From Acidobacteriota bacterium (GTDB lineage Bacteria > Acidobacteriota > UBA890 > WLXD01), in NCBI GenBank assembly GCA_965205505.1, contig CBDBHB010000007.1, positions 96,001-160,000 on the forward strand: 64,000 nucleotides of DNA. The letters run 5' to 3'. Of the stretch, positions 22,605-32,402 are shown piece by piece. A model generated the notes under the pieces. That model was not told where the DNA came from. It was given only the letters and a program-made list of their open reading frames with translations, and did not search any database. Both the position numbers and the translations under genes were made by a program. The stretch's first letter is position 1; each line of letters opens with the position of its first letter.

Positions 22605-24437
22605 CTATTCGACAGTGACGCTTTTCGCGAGGTTGCGCGGCTGGTCGACGTCGCATCCACGCTGCACCGCTACATGGTAGGCGAGAAGCTGAAGCGGCAC
22701 GACCGCGAGCAACGGCGAGAACTCCGGCAAACAGTCGGGGATCGTCAACAGCTCGTCGCTGAGCTCGTCGAGCGCATCATCTCCCTCTGTCCCTACGGCC
22801 AACAGGAACGCTTCGCGCGCCTTGGCCTCCTGCATGTTGCTGGCGGTCTTTTCGTAGAGATCTGTCTGCGGGGCAAGCGCAACCACCGGGACGCCGCGGT
22901 CGATCAACGCGATGGGTCCGTGTTTCATCTCGCCCGCCGGGTAGCCGTGCGCATGGATATACGAGATCTCCTTGAGCTTCAGCGCACCCTCCAAGGCTAT
23001 CGGGTAGAGGAATCCCCGGCCGAAAAAAAGGAACTGCTGGAAATGCGCCACCCGGCGCGCCACGGCAGCGATCGCTGGCTCACACAAGAGGATGCTTTCG
23101 ATCAGACGCGGGATGCGGGCGAGCGCGTGAAGACGCAGCTCGAGGGCCTCGCGCGACAACTTGCCGCGCAGCTCCGCGAGCCGCAAGGCGATCAGGTACA
23201 GGCAGGTGAGCTGCGTTGTGAACGCCTTGGTCGAGGCCACGCCGATCTCGGGTCCGGCCTGGGTCAGCAGAACGCCGTCGGCGACGCGGGTGGCCATCGA
23301 CCCCACCACGTTACAGATCGTCCACAGATTGGCACCGCGGTCTTTGGCCTCGCGCATCGCGGCCAGTGTGTCGGCTGTCTCGCCGGATTGGGTAATGGCG
23401 CACGCTACTGATCCTGGCCTGACGATGGGCCCGCGGTAGCGAAATTCGCTCGCGTGGTCGACGGTCACCGGCAGGTCGGCGAGCGTCTCGATCCAGTACT
23501 TACCGACCAGGGCCGCGTGCCACGATGTGCCGCAGCCGAGCAGGATGAGCTCGGTCATCGACCTCGCCAGGTTCTCGTCGAGGTTGAGCTCGCCGAGGTT
23601 GACCTCCAGGCGCGTTCGGTTGACGCGGCCGACGAGGCTGTCGCGCACCGCTGTCGGCTGCTCGTGGATCTCCTTGAGCATGAAGTGCTTGTAGCCACCC
23701 TTCTCCGCGGTGACCGGATCCCAAGCGATGCGCTGTGGCTCGACCGCCGCCGCACCGCCGGCTCGGTCTGTAATCGCTACTGCGTCGGGCGTGACAACTG
23801 CGAGTTGACCGTCGTCGAGGAAAACAATGTCGCGGGTGTACTGCAGTACCGGCGGAACATCCGAGGCAATGAAGTTCTCGCCGTCGCCGAGGCCCACCAC
23901 GATCGGCGGGCCTTGTCGCGCCGCGACGATCTTCTGTGGCTCGTCGAGCGATATCACGACGAGCGCATAGATGCCCACCAGGTCATCGAGGGCACGCCGA
24001 ACGGCGGTCTCCAGATTGCCGGCGTAGTACGTCGAAACCAGGTGCACGACCGCCTCGGTGTCGGTCTCGGTGACGAACTTGCAGCCATCGGCGATGAGTC
24101 GCTCGCGCAAATCGAGGAAGTTCTCGATGATGCCGTTGTGCACCAGCACGATCCGTCCGCTGCCGTCGCCATGCGGGTGAGCGTTCTCCAGCGTCGGCTT
24201 TCCGTGGGTCGCCCAGCGCGTGTGGCCGATCCCGTAGTCCCCAGCGATAGGAGCGGCCTCGAGCTCGGCCACCAGGTTCACGAGCTTGCCAGCCGCACGG
24301 CGCACGCCGATGGTGCCGTTCGTTCGCGCTACCGCGATGCCGGCAGAGTCGTAGCCGCGGTATTCGAGACGTTGGAGGCCATCGAGCAGAACGGGCACAG
24401 CTTCCCGCGTTCCGACGTACCCGACGATGCCGCACAT
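22605..24437 (-). CDS. glmS: Glutamine-fructose-6-phosphate aminotransferase
   Basis: MCGIVG, LEYRGYDSAG, GHTRWATHG, QPRNLAKSVTVE. Confidence 0.98.
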   Translation of the reverse strand: MCGIVGYVGTREAVPVLLDGLQRLEYRGYDSAGIAVARTNGTIGVRRAAGKLVNLVAELEAAPIAGDYGIGHTRWATHGKPTLENAHPHGDGSGRIVLVHNGIIENFLDLRERLIADGCKFVTETDTEAVVHLVSTYYAGNLETAVRRALDDLVGIYALVVISLDEPQKIVAARQGPPIVVGLGDGENFIASDVPPVLQYTRDIVFLDDGQLAVVTPDAVAITDRAGGAAAVEPQRIAWDPVTAEKGGYKHFMLKEIHEQPTAVRDSLVGRVNRTRLEVNLGELNLDENLARSMTELILLGCGTSWHAALVGKYWIETLADLPVTVDHASEFRYRGPIVRPGSVACAITQSGETADTLAAMREAKDRGANLWTICNVVGSMATRVADGVLLTQAGPEIGVASTKAFTTQLTCLYLIALRLAELRGKLSREALELRLHALARIPRLIESILLCEPAIAAVARRVAHFQQFLFFGRGFLYPIALEGALKLKEISYIHAHGYPAGEMKHGPIALIDRGVPVVALAPQTDLYEKTASNMQEAKAREAFLLAVGTEGDDALDELSDELLTIPDCLPEFSPLLAVVPLQLLAYHVAVQRGCDVDQPRNLAKSVTVE

Positions 24438-24525
24438 GGCTCAGCTTCTCCCCCGACGCCGGACGACGCCGTAAACCCCGAAGGACCAATTACAGCAACG
24501 ACGGTGGCCCACGCAACCGGAATCG

Positions 24526-25926
24526 TCAGTCCTGCTCGTCGCGCCGCACGGCGCTGGCACGCTTCGCCCACCCTTCGTGCACTACCTGCCGGCCTCGCGC
24601 AATCCCTAGTGAATGATCCGGCACGTCCTTGGTGATCGTCGAGCCGGCCCCCACGTAGGCTCCGCGCCCGATCCGTACCGGCGCCACGATCGCGGTGTTG
24701 CTGCCGATGAACGCGCCTTCGCCGATCAGCGTCCGGTGCTTGTTCACACCATCATAATTGCAGGTGATAGTTCCCGCCCCCACGTTCACGTCAGCGCCGA
24801 TCTCCGCGTCGCCGAGATACGTGAGATGACCGGCTTTGCTGCGGGGGCCCAGCTTCGTTTTTTTTACCTCTACGAAGTTACCCACCTTGGCTCGCTCACA
24901 GATGTGCGCGCCGGGACGCAGCCGCGCATAGGGTCCAACGCTAGCGCCATTCTCCACCACGGCGTTCTCCAGCACGCTGCCGTCGTACAACACGACGTCG
25001 TCGCCGATCTCGCTCTTGCTAACGCGGACGTTGGGGTAGATCCGGCACCGGCGCCCCACGGCAGTGCCCGCTTCTAGCGTGACACCCGGATAGATCACCG
25101 TATCGTTGCCGACGCTTACGTCGGCGTCGGCGGAGACGGCATCGGGGTTGAGCAGCGTCACGCCAGCCTCCATGAGCTCGTCGAGCTTGCGCCGCCGCAC
25201 GGTTGCCTCGGCGCGCGCCAGCTCGCTACGTGTATTCACCCCGTGAACCTCGTCGGGGTCGTCGTGGAGGAACAGGGCCACGTTGCCGCCCCGCGTCGAT
25301 AGCACCTGCAGCGTATCGGTCAGGTAAAGTTCGCCCTGGGCGTTGTTCGGCCGCAGCGCCGCCAGCGCGTCGCGCAGAGCGGGAGCCGCGAACAAGTAGA
25401 TGCCTGCGTTGACCTCGGGCAGCGCGCGTTCCTCGTCGTTGGCGTCGGACTCCTCGACGATTCGTTGCGGGGCGCCGGTCGGCGACCGGATGATACGGCC
25501 GTAACCGGTCGGATCGTCGAGCGAAACCGTCAGGAACGTTCCGGCAGCGGTGCCGTGCGACTCGATCATGGCGCTCAAAGTTCGCGCGCGGATCCCCGGA
25601 CAGTCGCCATTGATCACCAGTACCAGCCCTTCGTGGTTGCCATCCGGGAACGTTGCTGCGAGACCACACGCCGCCGCGTCGCCGGTACCGCGCGCGGGGT
25701 CCTGCACGGCGAAGCGCAGCGCAGCATCGTCAAGCGCATCGCGGATTCGGTCGTGCTCGGGCGGCACGACCAAGGTGATGCTGGCAGCGCTCAGGTCGCG
25801 TGCCGCGCGGACGACGTGCTCAATGATCGGCCGGCCGGCGACTCGATGAAGTAGCTTTGGAGTGTCGCTGCGCATGCGCACACCCTCGCCGGCGGCGAGG
25901 ATGACGACGTGAACCGGCAGCATCAC
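24526..25926 (-). CDS. glmU: Bifunctional GlcNAc-1-P uridyltransferase/acetyltransferase
   Basis: ILAAGEGVRM, GYGRI, GNFVEVKK, TITCNYDG, hexapeptide repeats. Confidence 0.97.
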   Translation of the reverse strand: MMLPVHVVILAAGEGVRMRSDTPKLLHRVAGRPIIEHVVRAARDLSAASITLVVPPEHDRIRDALDDAALRFAVQDPARGTGDAAACGLAATFPDGNHEGLVLVINGDCPGIRARTLSAMIESHGTAAGTFLTVSLDDPTGYGRIIRSPTGAPQRIVEESDANDEERALPEVNAGIYLFAAPALRDALAALRPNNAQGELYLTDTLQVLSTRGGNVALFLHDDPDEVHGVNTRSELARAEATVRRRKLDELMEAGVTLLNPDAVSADADVSVGNDTVIYPGVTLEAGTAVGRRCRIYPNVRVSKSEIGDDVVLYDGSVLENAVVENGASVGPYARLRPGAHICERAKVGNFVEVKKTKLGPRSKAGHLTYLGDAEIGADVNVGAGTITCNYDGVNKHRTLIGEGAFIGSNTAIVAPVRIGRGAYVGAGSTITKDVPDHSLGIARGRQVVHEGWAKRASAVRRDEQD

Positions 25927-25946
25927 CTACTTCCTTCATGGGGCAC

Positions 25947-26816
25947 CTACTGCCCCCCGTCTCCGCTAACGACGCTACGGAAATCCTCGTGCACGCGCAG
26001 AGGCACGAAATCCGGATCGTTCTGTGCGTAGACGCGGTTGGAGTCGTTTATGTCGACGGCGGCGCGCAGAGCGCTGATCGCCGCGTCCGCGTCGCCCTTC
26101 TGCGCCAGAGCTGCAGCCTGGCAGTAGAGAATCCGATCGTCGCCCGGCGCCTGGTCGAGCGCCAAAGCAAAGGCCTCCAATGCCGTGGAGGGATTGCCGG
26201 CGTTCAATGAGACGACCCCGAACAGGTAATGGTCGTCGGCGTTCTGCGGGCTGAAGGCACTGCTACGCGCGCGGCGCTCGAGGCCGACCAGATACTGCCG
26301 AGCGCGTGCAATGAGCACAGGGTCCGGTGGGCTCGCCGCGTCCACGGCCTGGAACGATTTCATGGCCTTCCCGAATGCCCCATCGTGAAAGCGCTTCACG
26401 CCCACCCCGAATATCTTGAGAGCTTTGACCATAGTGCGGCGCCCGCGCATTTCAGCACGCCGGGTGTTCTCCTCCTCGGCGGCGTCGCACTCGGCTTCCA
26501 GGCGAGCCTCGCGTTCCCCCGGTGTCTCTGTAGGTTGAACGGGCCTGCGCGGCCGCAGGCTGGCGCTCTTGATAGGCGTAGGCCCGGTCTCCACCGGAGC
26601 GGCGTGTTCTTCGATCGTCTGCGGTGGCAGCACCGCCGGCATGGGGTCGGACTCTTTGTAGTCTTGTTTCTTCAGCCCCATGCGGCGGATCTTCGACTCC
26701 ATCGCCTTCTGGCTGACGCCGAAGTGATCGGCAAGCTCGGCGTACGTCTTGTGACGAAAGCGCTCGCGAATGAAGTCTTCGTTCTCTTCGGTCCAAGTCT
26801 TTGCCATGCTAGTCAT
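25947..26816 (-). CDS. Hypothetical protein: N-terminal HTH-like domain, Pro-rich linker, C-terminal TPR
   Basis: WTEENEDFIRERF...YAELADHFGVSQKAM; TPR helices ending YAQNDPDFVPLR. Confidence 0.75.
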   Translation of the reverse strand: MTSMAKTWTEENEDFIRERFRHKTYAELADHFGVSQKAMESKIRRMGLKKQDYKESDPMPAVLPPQTIEEHAAPVETGPTPIKSASLRPRRPVQPTETPGEREARLEAECDAAEEENTRRAEMRGRRTMVKALKIFGVGVKRFHDGAFGKAMKSFQAVDAASPPDPVLIARARQYLVGLERRARSSAFSPQNADDHYLFGVVSLNAGNPSTALEAFALALDQAPGDDRILYCQAAALAQKGDADAAISALRAAVDINDSNRVYAQNDPDFVPLRVHEDFRSVVSGDGGQ

Positions 26817-26987
26817 CGGCCTTTCGCAGAAGAGAAACAATGGGCGGGGGCACCGAGATTATATAGGGCCAGCCCTGCGGCGTACGCTGCATGTTGACAT
26901 CGCGGAAAGGCGTCGATAATGTCCGAGAGCCTTTTGCGGCAAGGGATATTCGTCCCCTTGCGGACAGGCGACTCAGCGCCATAGGGG

Positions 26988-27629
26988 GTGGCACGCATGC
27001 TCGACCGGCTGATCTGGCTTGGGCATTCGGGCTTCGTCGTTAAGGGTTCTCCCAGCATTTATATCGATCCATTCCGGATCATCGGCGGGCCGCGCGCGGA
27101 TCTGGTGCTACTTACACACCCCCACTACGATCATTGCTCACCGGCTGATCTCGCGAAGATCGTCGTGGAGACCACCGAGATCATATGTCCGCGTGATTGC
27201 TTGACGACGCTCAATGAGCTCCCGGGCTTGCGCCGGATCGTCCAGCCGGGCGACAAGGTGAAACTGCATGGCGTTGGGATCGAGGCAGTTCCTGCGTACA
27301 CGCGCAAGAGCCGCATGCACGAGCGTGCCAACGCCTGGGTGGGGTATATCTTGGACATCGACGGCGTACGCATCTATCACGCCGGAGATACTGATTACAT
27401 TCCCGAAATGCGTCACATGCGGGTCGACGTCGCGTGCCTTCCCATTTCCGGCGGCGAGACGATGAATCTCGTGGAAGCTGCTGCGGCCGCCAACAGCATC
27501 GCGCCGCGGGTGGTCGTTCCGATGCACTTCGGGACCCTCGGTGCCGACATCGATCCGGACCTGTTCAGCAACCTGACGCGCGTCACCGTACGCGCATTGC
27601 GACGCGATCCCGCTTTTAGCGGCGAGTAA
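26988..27629 (+). CDS. MBL-fold metallo-hydrolase
   Basis: WLGHSG, IDP, THPHYDH, YHAGDT, PMHF. Confidence 0.92.
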   Translation: MARMLDRLIWLGHSGFVVKGSPSIYIDPFRIIGGPRADLVLLTHPHYDHCSPADLAKIVVETTEIICPRDCLTTLNELPGLRRIVQPGDKVKLHGVGIEAVPAYTRKSRMHERANAWVGYILDIDGVRIYHAGDTDYIPEMRHMRVDVACLPISGGETMNLVEAAAAANSIAPRVVVPMHFGTLGADIDPDLFSNLTRVTVRALRRDPAFSGE

Positions 27630-27639
27630 GCAGCGAACC

Positions 27640-29412
27640 ATGCGTTCGCGGATCGTCACCGCGGCCCTGCTGGCTTGTGGTGTTTCTCTGGCGCTATGGC
27701 TCGCCTGGTTGGCTACCGCGGGTGTGATCGGATACCGGCCGCCGCGGCTCGAGCCAGCGGTGGCGAGCGCATTGGGCCACGCATGGCGCGGTGCGGTCCA
27801 CGTGCACACAGCACTATCGGCCGATGCGACCGGCAGCGTCGACGAGATTGCAGCAGCGGCGGCCAGCGTCGACCTCGACTTCGTGGTGCTGTCCGAGCAC
27901 ACCGGCGCGCTGGGCGCCGCGGGGCGAGCGAGCCCAGGGTGGTACGGCTCGGTCTTGGTGCTTGTCGGCGAGGAAATCTCCACCTTCGACGGTCATCTCT
28001 TGGCGCTCGGACTACCACCGCACGCCTATGCGCTGGGACCGCAGGCGCGTCAGGCGCTCGACGACGTTCGTGCCCTTGGTGGCGCCTCCTGGGTTGCCCA
28101 CGCGGGCGGGGGTGTCCCTTGGACGGCGGGTCTTGGGGGCATCGTCGGGGTCGAGGTGGTGAACTTGTCGGGGGGGCTTGATCGGCTGTCACAGCGGCAA
28201 CGCTTGGGGGCCACACTGGTGTACCCGGTGAGCCCGACCGCAGGTGTGCTGCGAGCCCTTGGCGGGCGCCCACCGGCACTCGATCTGTGGAACGAGCGGA
28301 CATCCCTGTCGGCCGCGTCTCTGCCGCGACCGCTCGTTGCAATCGGGGCTGTCGATGCTCACGGGCCGGTCCGTGGGCTCGGCGTTCCGAGTTACGAGGT
28401 CGTGCTCGGCAGTTTGACCACCGTCGTATGGATGGATGAGCCACCGCTCCCGGGCCTGGCTGACCGGGCCGTTGCCGGTCGCTTGCTGCGCCGGCTGCGG
28501 AGCGGTCGGTCGGCCGTCGAGCTTTCGGCGGCGGGGCGCGCCCCCGGCCTTTCTTTCGTTGCCATCGGATCGGACGGCCGAACTGCCGTTCCAGGTCAAA
28601 CGAAGATATGGGGCGATGTCGGCTGGACACTTGAAGCGCGGCTTGGCGCGCCGGGCGATTATCGCCTTGAGCTGCTGCGCGATGGTGTGCGCGTCGGCAG
28701 CGCCGACGGCACAGGGCTCGAAGTCGCGGCTCCCGGACCCGGGACCTATCGCATCGAGGGGTATCGCACCAGCGGCCCGGTTGGCGGCGGCCGGCAGGGA
28801 GCCACGCCGTGGATCATCAGCAACCCGATCTACCTCTGGCCGGCGGCGGTGATCGCCGCCGCCAAGGTGCGGCCGGCGCCCGCCCTACCGGCACCGCCGA
28901 CCGCTCAGCCGCTGCTGCGGGAACCTGGTTGGGCGGCGGAGAGCGACCCGCTCTCGGTCAGTGCCTTGGCGCCGATGGCGGACGGGCTCCTGTGGAACGT
29001 GCGGATGCCTAACGAGGCGGCCGTAGACGCATTTTCTGCTGTAGCCTGGCGCCCCGAAACAGCGCAGGATTGGCGCCACACATTGGGACTGACCGCAGGA
29101 CTGTCGTCAGAGCGCGAGTGGCGTGTGGGTCTCCGTGTCTGGACTGCTGTGGCGGCCGGGGAGCGGACCTGGGAACTGGTCGTTGCGAGTCGTCCCGGTG
29201 CAACGCCACTGTTGTCGCCTTGGCAACATTTCCGACAGATCGGGGCAGACGGCCAGATGGTGCGCGGTGAGCGACTCGATGAGGAGCTCGCGCGGGTCAC
29301 CGGCATTGCGTTCGTCGCCACGCCGCAGCGCATGCGCCCTGGCAGCGAGGCGCGAATCGAGATTCGGCGCGTCGGCCTGTTCGGTGGTGAGGCTGACCCC
29401 AACTCGCCGTAG
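27640..29412 (+). CDS. PHP-domain metallohydrolase with C-terminal beta domains, N-terminal membrane anchor
   Basis: GAVHVHT, LSEH, GEEIST, VAH, DAHG, WIISNPIY. Confidence 0.75.
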   Translation: MRSRIVTAALLACGVSLALWLAWLATAGVIGYRPPRLEPAVASALGHAWRGAVHVHTALSADATGSVDEIAAAAASVDLDFVVLSEHTGALGAAGRASPGWYGSVLVLVGEEISTFDGHLLALGLPPHAYALGPQARQALDDVRALGGASWVAHAGGGVPWTAGLGGIVGVEVVNLSGGLDRLSQRQRLGATLVYPVSPTAGVLRALGGRPPALDLWNERTSLSAASLPRPLVAIGAVDAHGPVRGLGVPSYEVVLGSLTTVVWMDEPPLPGLADRAVAGRLLRRLRSGRSAVELSAAGRAPGLSFVAIGSDGRTAVPGQTKIWGDVGWTLEARLGAPGDYRLELLRDGVRVGSADGTGLEVAAPGPGTYRIEGYRTSGPVGGGRQGATPWIISNPIYLWPAAVIAAAKVRPAPALPAPPTAQPLLREPGWAAESDPLSVSALAPMADGLLWNVRMPNEAAVDAFSAVAWRPETAQDWRHTLGLTAGLSSEREWRVGLRVWTAVAAGERTWELVVASRPGATPLLSPWQHFRQIGADGQMVRGERLDEELARVTGIAFVATPQRMRPGSEARIEIRRVGLFGGEADPNSP

Positions 29413-29452
29413 CCAGGCCCGCCCGCGTCCGCCACGGTCTGTTAGCGTCGCC

Positions 29453-30541
29453 TTACCAGCGTACCGGAATCGCCTCCCACAAGCGCGCGAACGATTCGAT
29501 CTGCAACAACGGCTCCACCGATTCTCGGACGCGGCCGCCGAACACGTTGCTCATCACCGCGGTCTTGAGCCAAGGATCTCGCATTAGGGCCTCGCGGCCG
29601 GCAGCGGCGGCCTGCTCAGTTTCGCCGCGCGCCATCCTGACCGAGGCCAGCAGCAACCATGCATACCCATTATTCGGGTAAAGGGTCGTGGCTCTGCTGG
29701 CATGCTCGAGCGCCGCAGCGAGCTCGCCGTCGGCAAGCCGCTCGGCAGCTACGTCGCCGGCCAGCTGCCCTTGCCGCATATCGAGCAATCGGCGCAACTC
29801 GACGATCGGCGCCGGGTGATCCTCGACTCGCAGGTCCACAAACCGGTCGTTGAGCTGTCCGTAGCCTCCCGCCTCACGGACTACCAGCAAAGCAGCCGAT
29901 TGGCGCCCTCGCGCATCTCCGCCTGCCGCTTGCCCGGCGGCGAGGGCGGCGGCAAGGCGCGTGGCGAGATCGCCTTGGGTAGCTTCAAACGTGGCCGCCA
30001 TTGCGTCGACAACCTCGGGGCCTGCGAGGATGTTGCCCTGGATCGCATAGTGCTCGCCCACCTGACCGCCGGCCCACGGCAAACAGGCATCGCCGGTAAA
30101 GGTGGCCGCATTACCCGCAGCGTCAACCACGCCCAGCTGGCGGCGGCCACGGCCCTCGTCCTCGCCGGTGAGCGCCGCGACTATTTCCTCTGCCGAGCCA
30201 CCTTCGGCAAGCAGCTTCAGGCCCCTCGGGCCATACGTGGTATTGGCGCGCCCTTGGGTTGCCACCGCGCCTATCCCGGCGCGCGCCCACGGCACGACGG
30301 AGCCGACGCCGAAGAACTTGGATTGCACAGCCACGCCAAGATCACCGGTCTCGGGATCGAAGGCGACGATCGAAAAAGTCGCTACAGGGACCCCGTACGC
30401 TTGCTCGTCATCGGGCGGAGCCGCTCGTGAGACCGCGAGACCGGCCACGGACGCCGAGGCCAGGCTCATTGCGAGCGCCACCAAAGCCAAACCGTTGGAG
30501 TGCCGCCGTCGGGGCCTAGACCGCTCGTTCGTTTCGAACAT
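29453..30541 (-). CDS. DUF1028 (Ntn-hydrolase-like) protein with C-terminal TPR
   Basis: TFSIVAFDPETGDLGVAVQS, QGNILAG, GGDARGRQSAAL, DLRVEDH. Confidence 0.9.
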   Translation of the reverse strand: MFETNERSRPRRRHSNGLALVALAMSLASASVAGLAVSRAAPPDDEQAYGVPVATFSIVAFDPETGDLGVAVQSKFFGVGSVVPWARAGIGAVATQGRANTTYGPRGLKLLAEGGSAEEIVAALTGEDEGRGRRQLGVVDAAGNAATFTGDACLPWAGGQVGEHYAIQGNILAGPEVVDAMAATFEATQGDLATRLAAALAAGQAAGGDARGRQSAALLVVREAGGYGQLNDRFVDLRVEDHPAPIVELRRLLDMRQGQLAGDVAAERLADGELAAALEHASRATTLYPNNGYAWLLLASVRMARGETEQAAAAGREALMRDPWLKTAVMSNVFGGRVRESVEPLLQIESFARLWEAIPVRW

Positions 30542-30618
30542 CTCGCTCCCTCACGGTATGAAACAATGCCGTGCTGGTGAGTATAGAGCGCGCGACACAA
30601 ACACCCCGTTGGCAGGGA

Positions 30619-31242
30619 ATGCTCGTGGCCCTGGAAGGGATCGACGGCTGCGGCAAGTCGACGCAGGCCAGATTGTTGGCGGCGGCGCTCATCGAGCGCG
30701 GCCTGGCGGCAACGACGTTTCGCGAGCCGGGAGACACCGAGTACGGGCGTGAGCTACGCCGGATCTTCGTGGAGGGGCGCGATGTGTCGCCGCGCGAGGA
30801 GATGCGGCTATTTCTAGAGGATCGCCGCATCGACGTGCACGCCAACATTCTACCGGCCCTCGCGGCGGGCAAGGTGGTAATCATGGACCGCTACTATCTC
30901 TCGTCGGTGGTCTACCAGGGCGCCCTGGGCGTCGATCCCGAGGAGATCCTCGCGGCCAACGAGGCAATCGCTCCACGGCCACAGCTCACACTGCTATTGG
31001 ATATCCCCGTCGACGTGGCGCGCCAGCGGATTCGCGCCGCGCGCGGCTCTACCAACACGTTCGAAGAGCGCGACTACTTGGACAGCGTTCGTGCGCGGTA
31101 CCTGAGCTACTGCGATGGCGACGGTATCGTCCGCGTCGATGCCACCGTATTGCCCGAGGCGGTTCACCAAGAGTTATTGCGGCTCGTCTTGGAGCGGGCC
31201 CGGAGCCTGGGGGCGCCGTCGCGGAACGGGTGCGTCCGCTGA
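30619..31242 (+). CDS. tmk: Thymidylate kinase
   Basis: EGIDGCGKSTQ, REPG, DRYYLSSVVYQG. Confidence 0.93.
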   Translation: MLVALEGIDGCGKSTQARLLAAALIERGLAATTFREPGDTEYGRELRRIFVEGRDVSPREEMRLFLEDRRIDVHANILPALAAGKVVIMDRYYLSSVVYQGALGVDPEEILAANEAIAPRPQLTLLLDIPVDVARQRIRAARGSTNTFEERDYLDSVRARYLSYCDGDGIVRVDATVLPEAVHQELLRLVLERARSLGAPSRNGCVR

Positions 31243-31262
31243 ATTCCGCAAAGTGCCGACGA

Positions 31263-32309
31263 TCAGACGTTGAAACGGAAGTTCACAACGTCGCCGTCTT
31301 GGACCACGTAGTCGCGACCTTCGACGCGTAGCTTCCCCGCCTCGCGACACTTGGCCTCGCTGCCCAGTTCGAGGAGCTCGTCCCACCGCGCCACCTCGGC
31401 GCGGATAAAGCCGCGCTCGATGTCGGAGTGGATCTTGCCGGCAGCTCGGGGCGCGGCGCTGCCGGCGCGCACGGCCCAGGCCCTGCACTCGTCCGGGCCC
31501 ACCGTCAGCATGGTGATGAGGTCAAGCAGCTCGAACGCGGCGCGGACGAACCGCGCCCGCGCCGACTCTCCGAGGCCGAGCGCCTCGTAGAACTCCTGGC
31601 GCTCGTCGGCGGGCATTTGGTCGATGTCCATCTCGACTTGGGCCGAAAGCGGCACGATGCCCGTCCCGATGGCGCGCGCGTTGTCGGTGAGCGCCGCCGG
31701 AACGGAGTCTGCCACCAAGGCCTCCTCCACGTTGAGGACGAGCAACAGCGGCTTGAGTGTGAGGAACTGGTAGCCGGAGACGAGCTTCCGCTCCGTGGCG
31801 TCGAGGCCGAGTGTCCGGAGCGGCTGTTCGGCGTCGAGATGGGCCTCGATGCGCTCGAGCAGCTTGAGTTCTTGCGGGCCGGATCCGTCCTTACGCAGTC
31901 GGCCGATACGGCGCTCGATGATCTCGAGGTCTGCCAGCACCGTCTCGGCCTGCAGGTCGCGAAGCTCCTGCTGTGGGTCTTGCTCGATTCCCAGCGTGCT
32001 GTTGTCGAAAGCACGCAGCACCTGCGCCAGGGCGTCCATCTCGCGCATGCTGTTGAGCACGCTGCGATCGAGCTCGCGCATGCCAGCACCACCCGCGATG
32101 TCACAAAACACGATCTCTGCGTGCGTCGTCTTCTTCGGCTGGTAGAGAGTCGCCAAGCGGTCGAGGCGGTCGTCGGCGACTCTCACTACGCCCAGGTTCT
32201 TGGTGCCGGGCTTGGAGGCTCCGGGGCCGGTTTGGGCGGCCAGGCCGGTGAGCGCGTTGAAGACGGTAGTCTTGCCGCTGCCAGGGAATCCTACGAGTCC
32301 GATCTTCAT
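31263..32309 (-). CDS. ychF: Redox-regulated ATPase YchF
   Basis: [48 protein letters not shown]. Confidence 0.93.
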   Translation of the reverse strand: MKIGLVGFPGSGKTTVFNALTGLAAQTGPGASKPGTKNLGVVRVADDRLDRLATLYQPKKTTHAEIVFCDIAGGAGMRELDRSVLNSMREMDALAQVLRAFDNSTLGIEQDPQQELRDLQAETVLADLEIIERRIGRLRKDGSGPQELKLLERIEAHLDAEQPLRTLGLDATERKLVSGYQFLTLKPLLLVLNVEEALVADSVPAALTDNARAIGTGIVPLSAQVEMDIDQMPADERQEFYEALGLGESARARFVRAAFELLDLITMLTVGPDECRAWAVRAGSAAPRAAGKIHSDIERGFIRAEVARWDELLELGSEAKCREAGKLRVEGRDYVVQDGDVVNFRFNV

Positions 32310-32402
32310 CAGGTCGGCACGCTACACCACCGCAGTGGGGCGCGCTTGCGGCACGCGTTCCCGACGGCACGCGCTGCTTACGGCCCGAGGCGATCCGGCG
32401 AC

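Noticed and set aside
24438-24525. glmS ribozyme
   Set aside because: The 88-bp gap is too short and lacks the conserved core
23454-24635. 393-aa plus-strand ORF
   Set aside because: Antisense shadow of glmS
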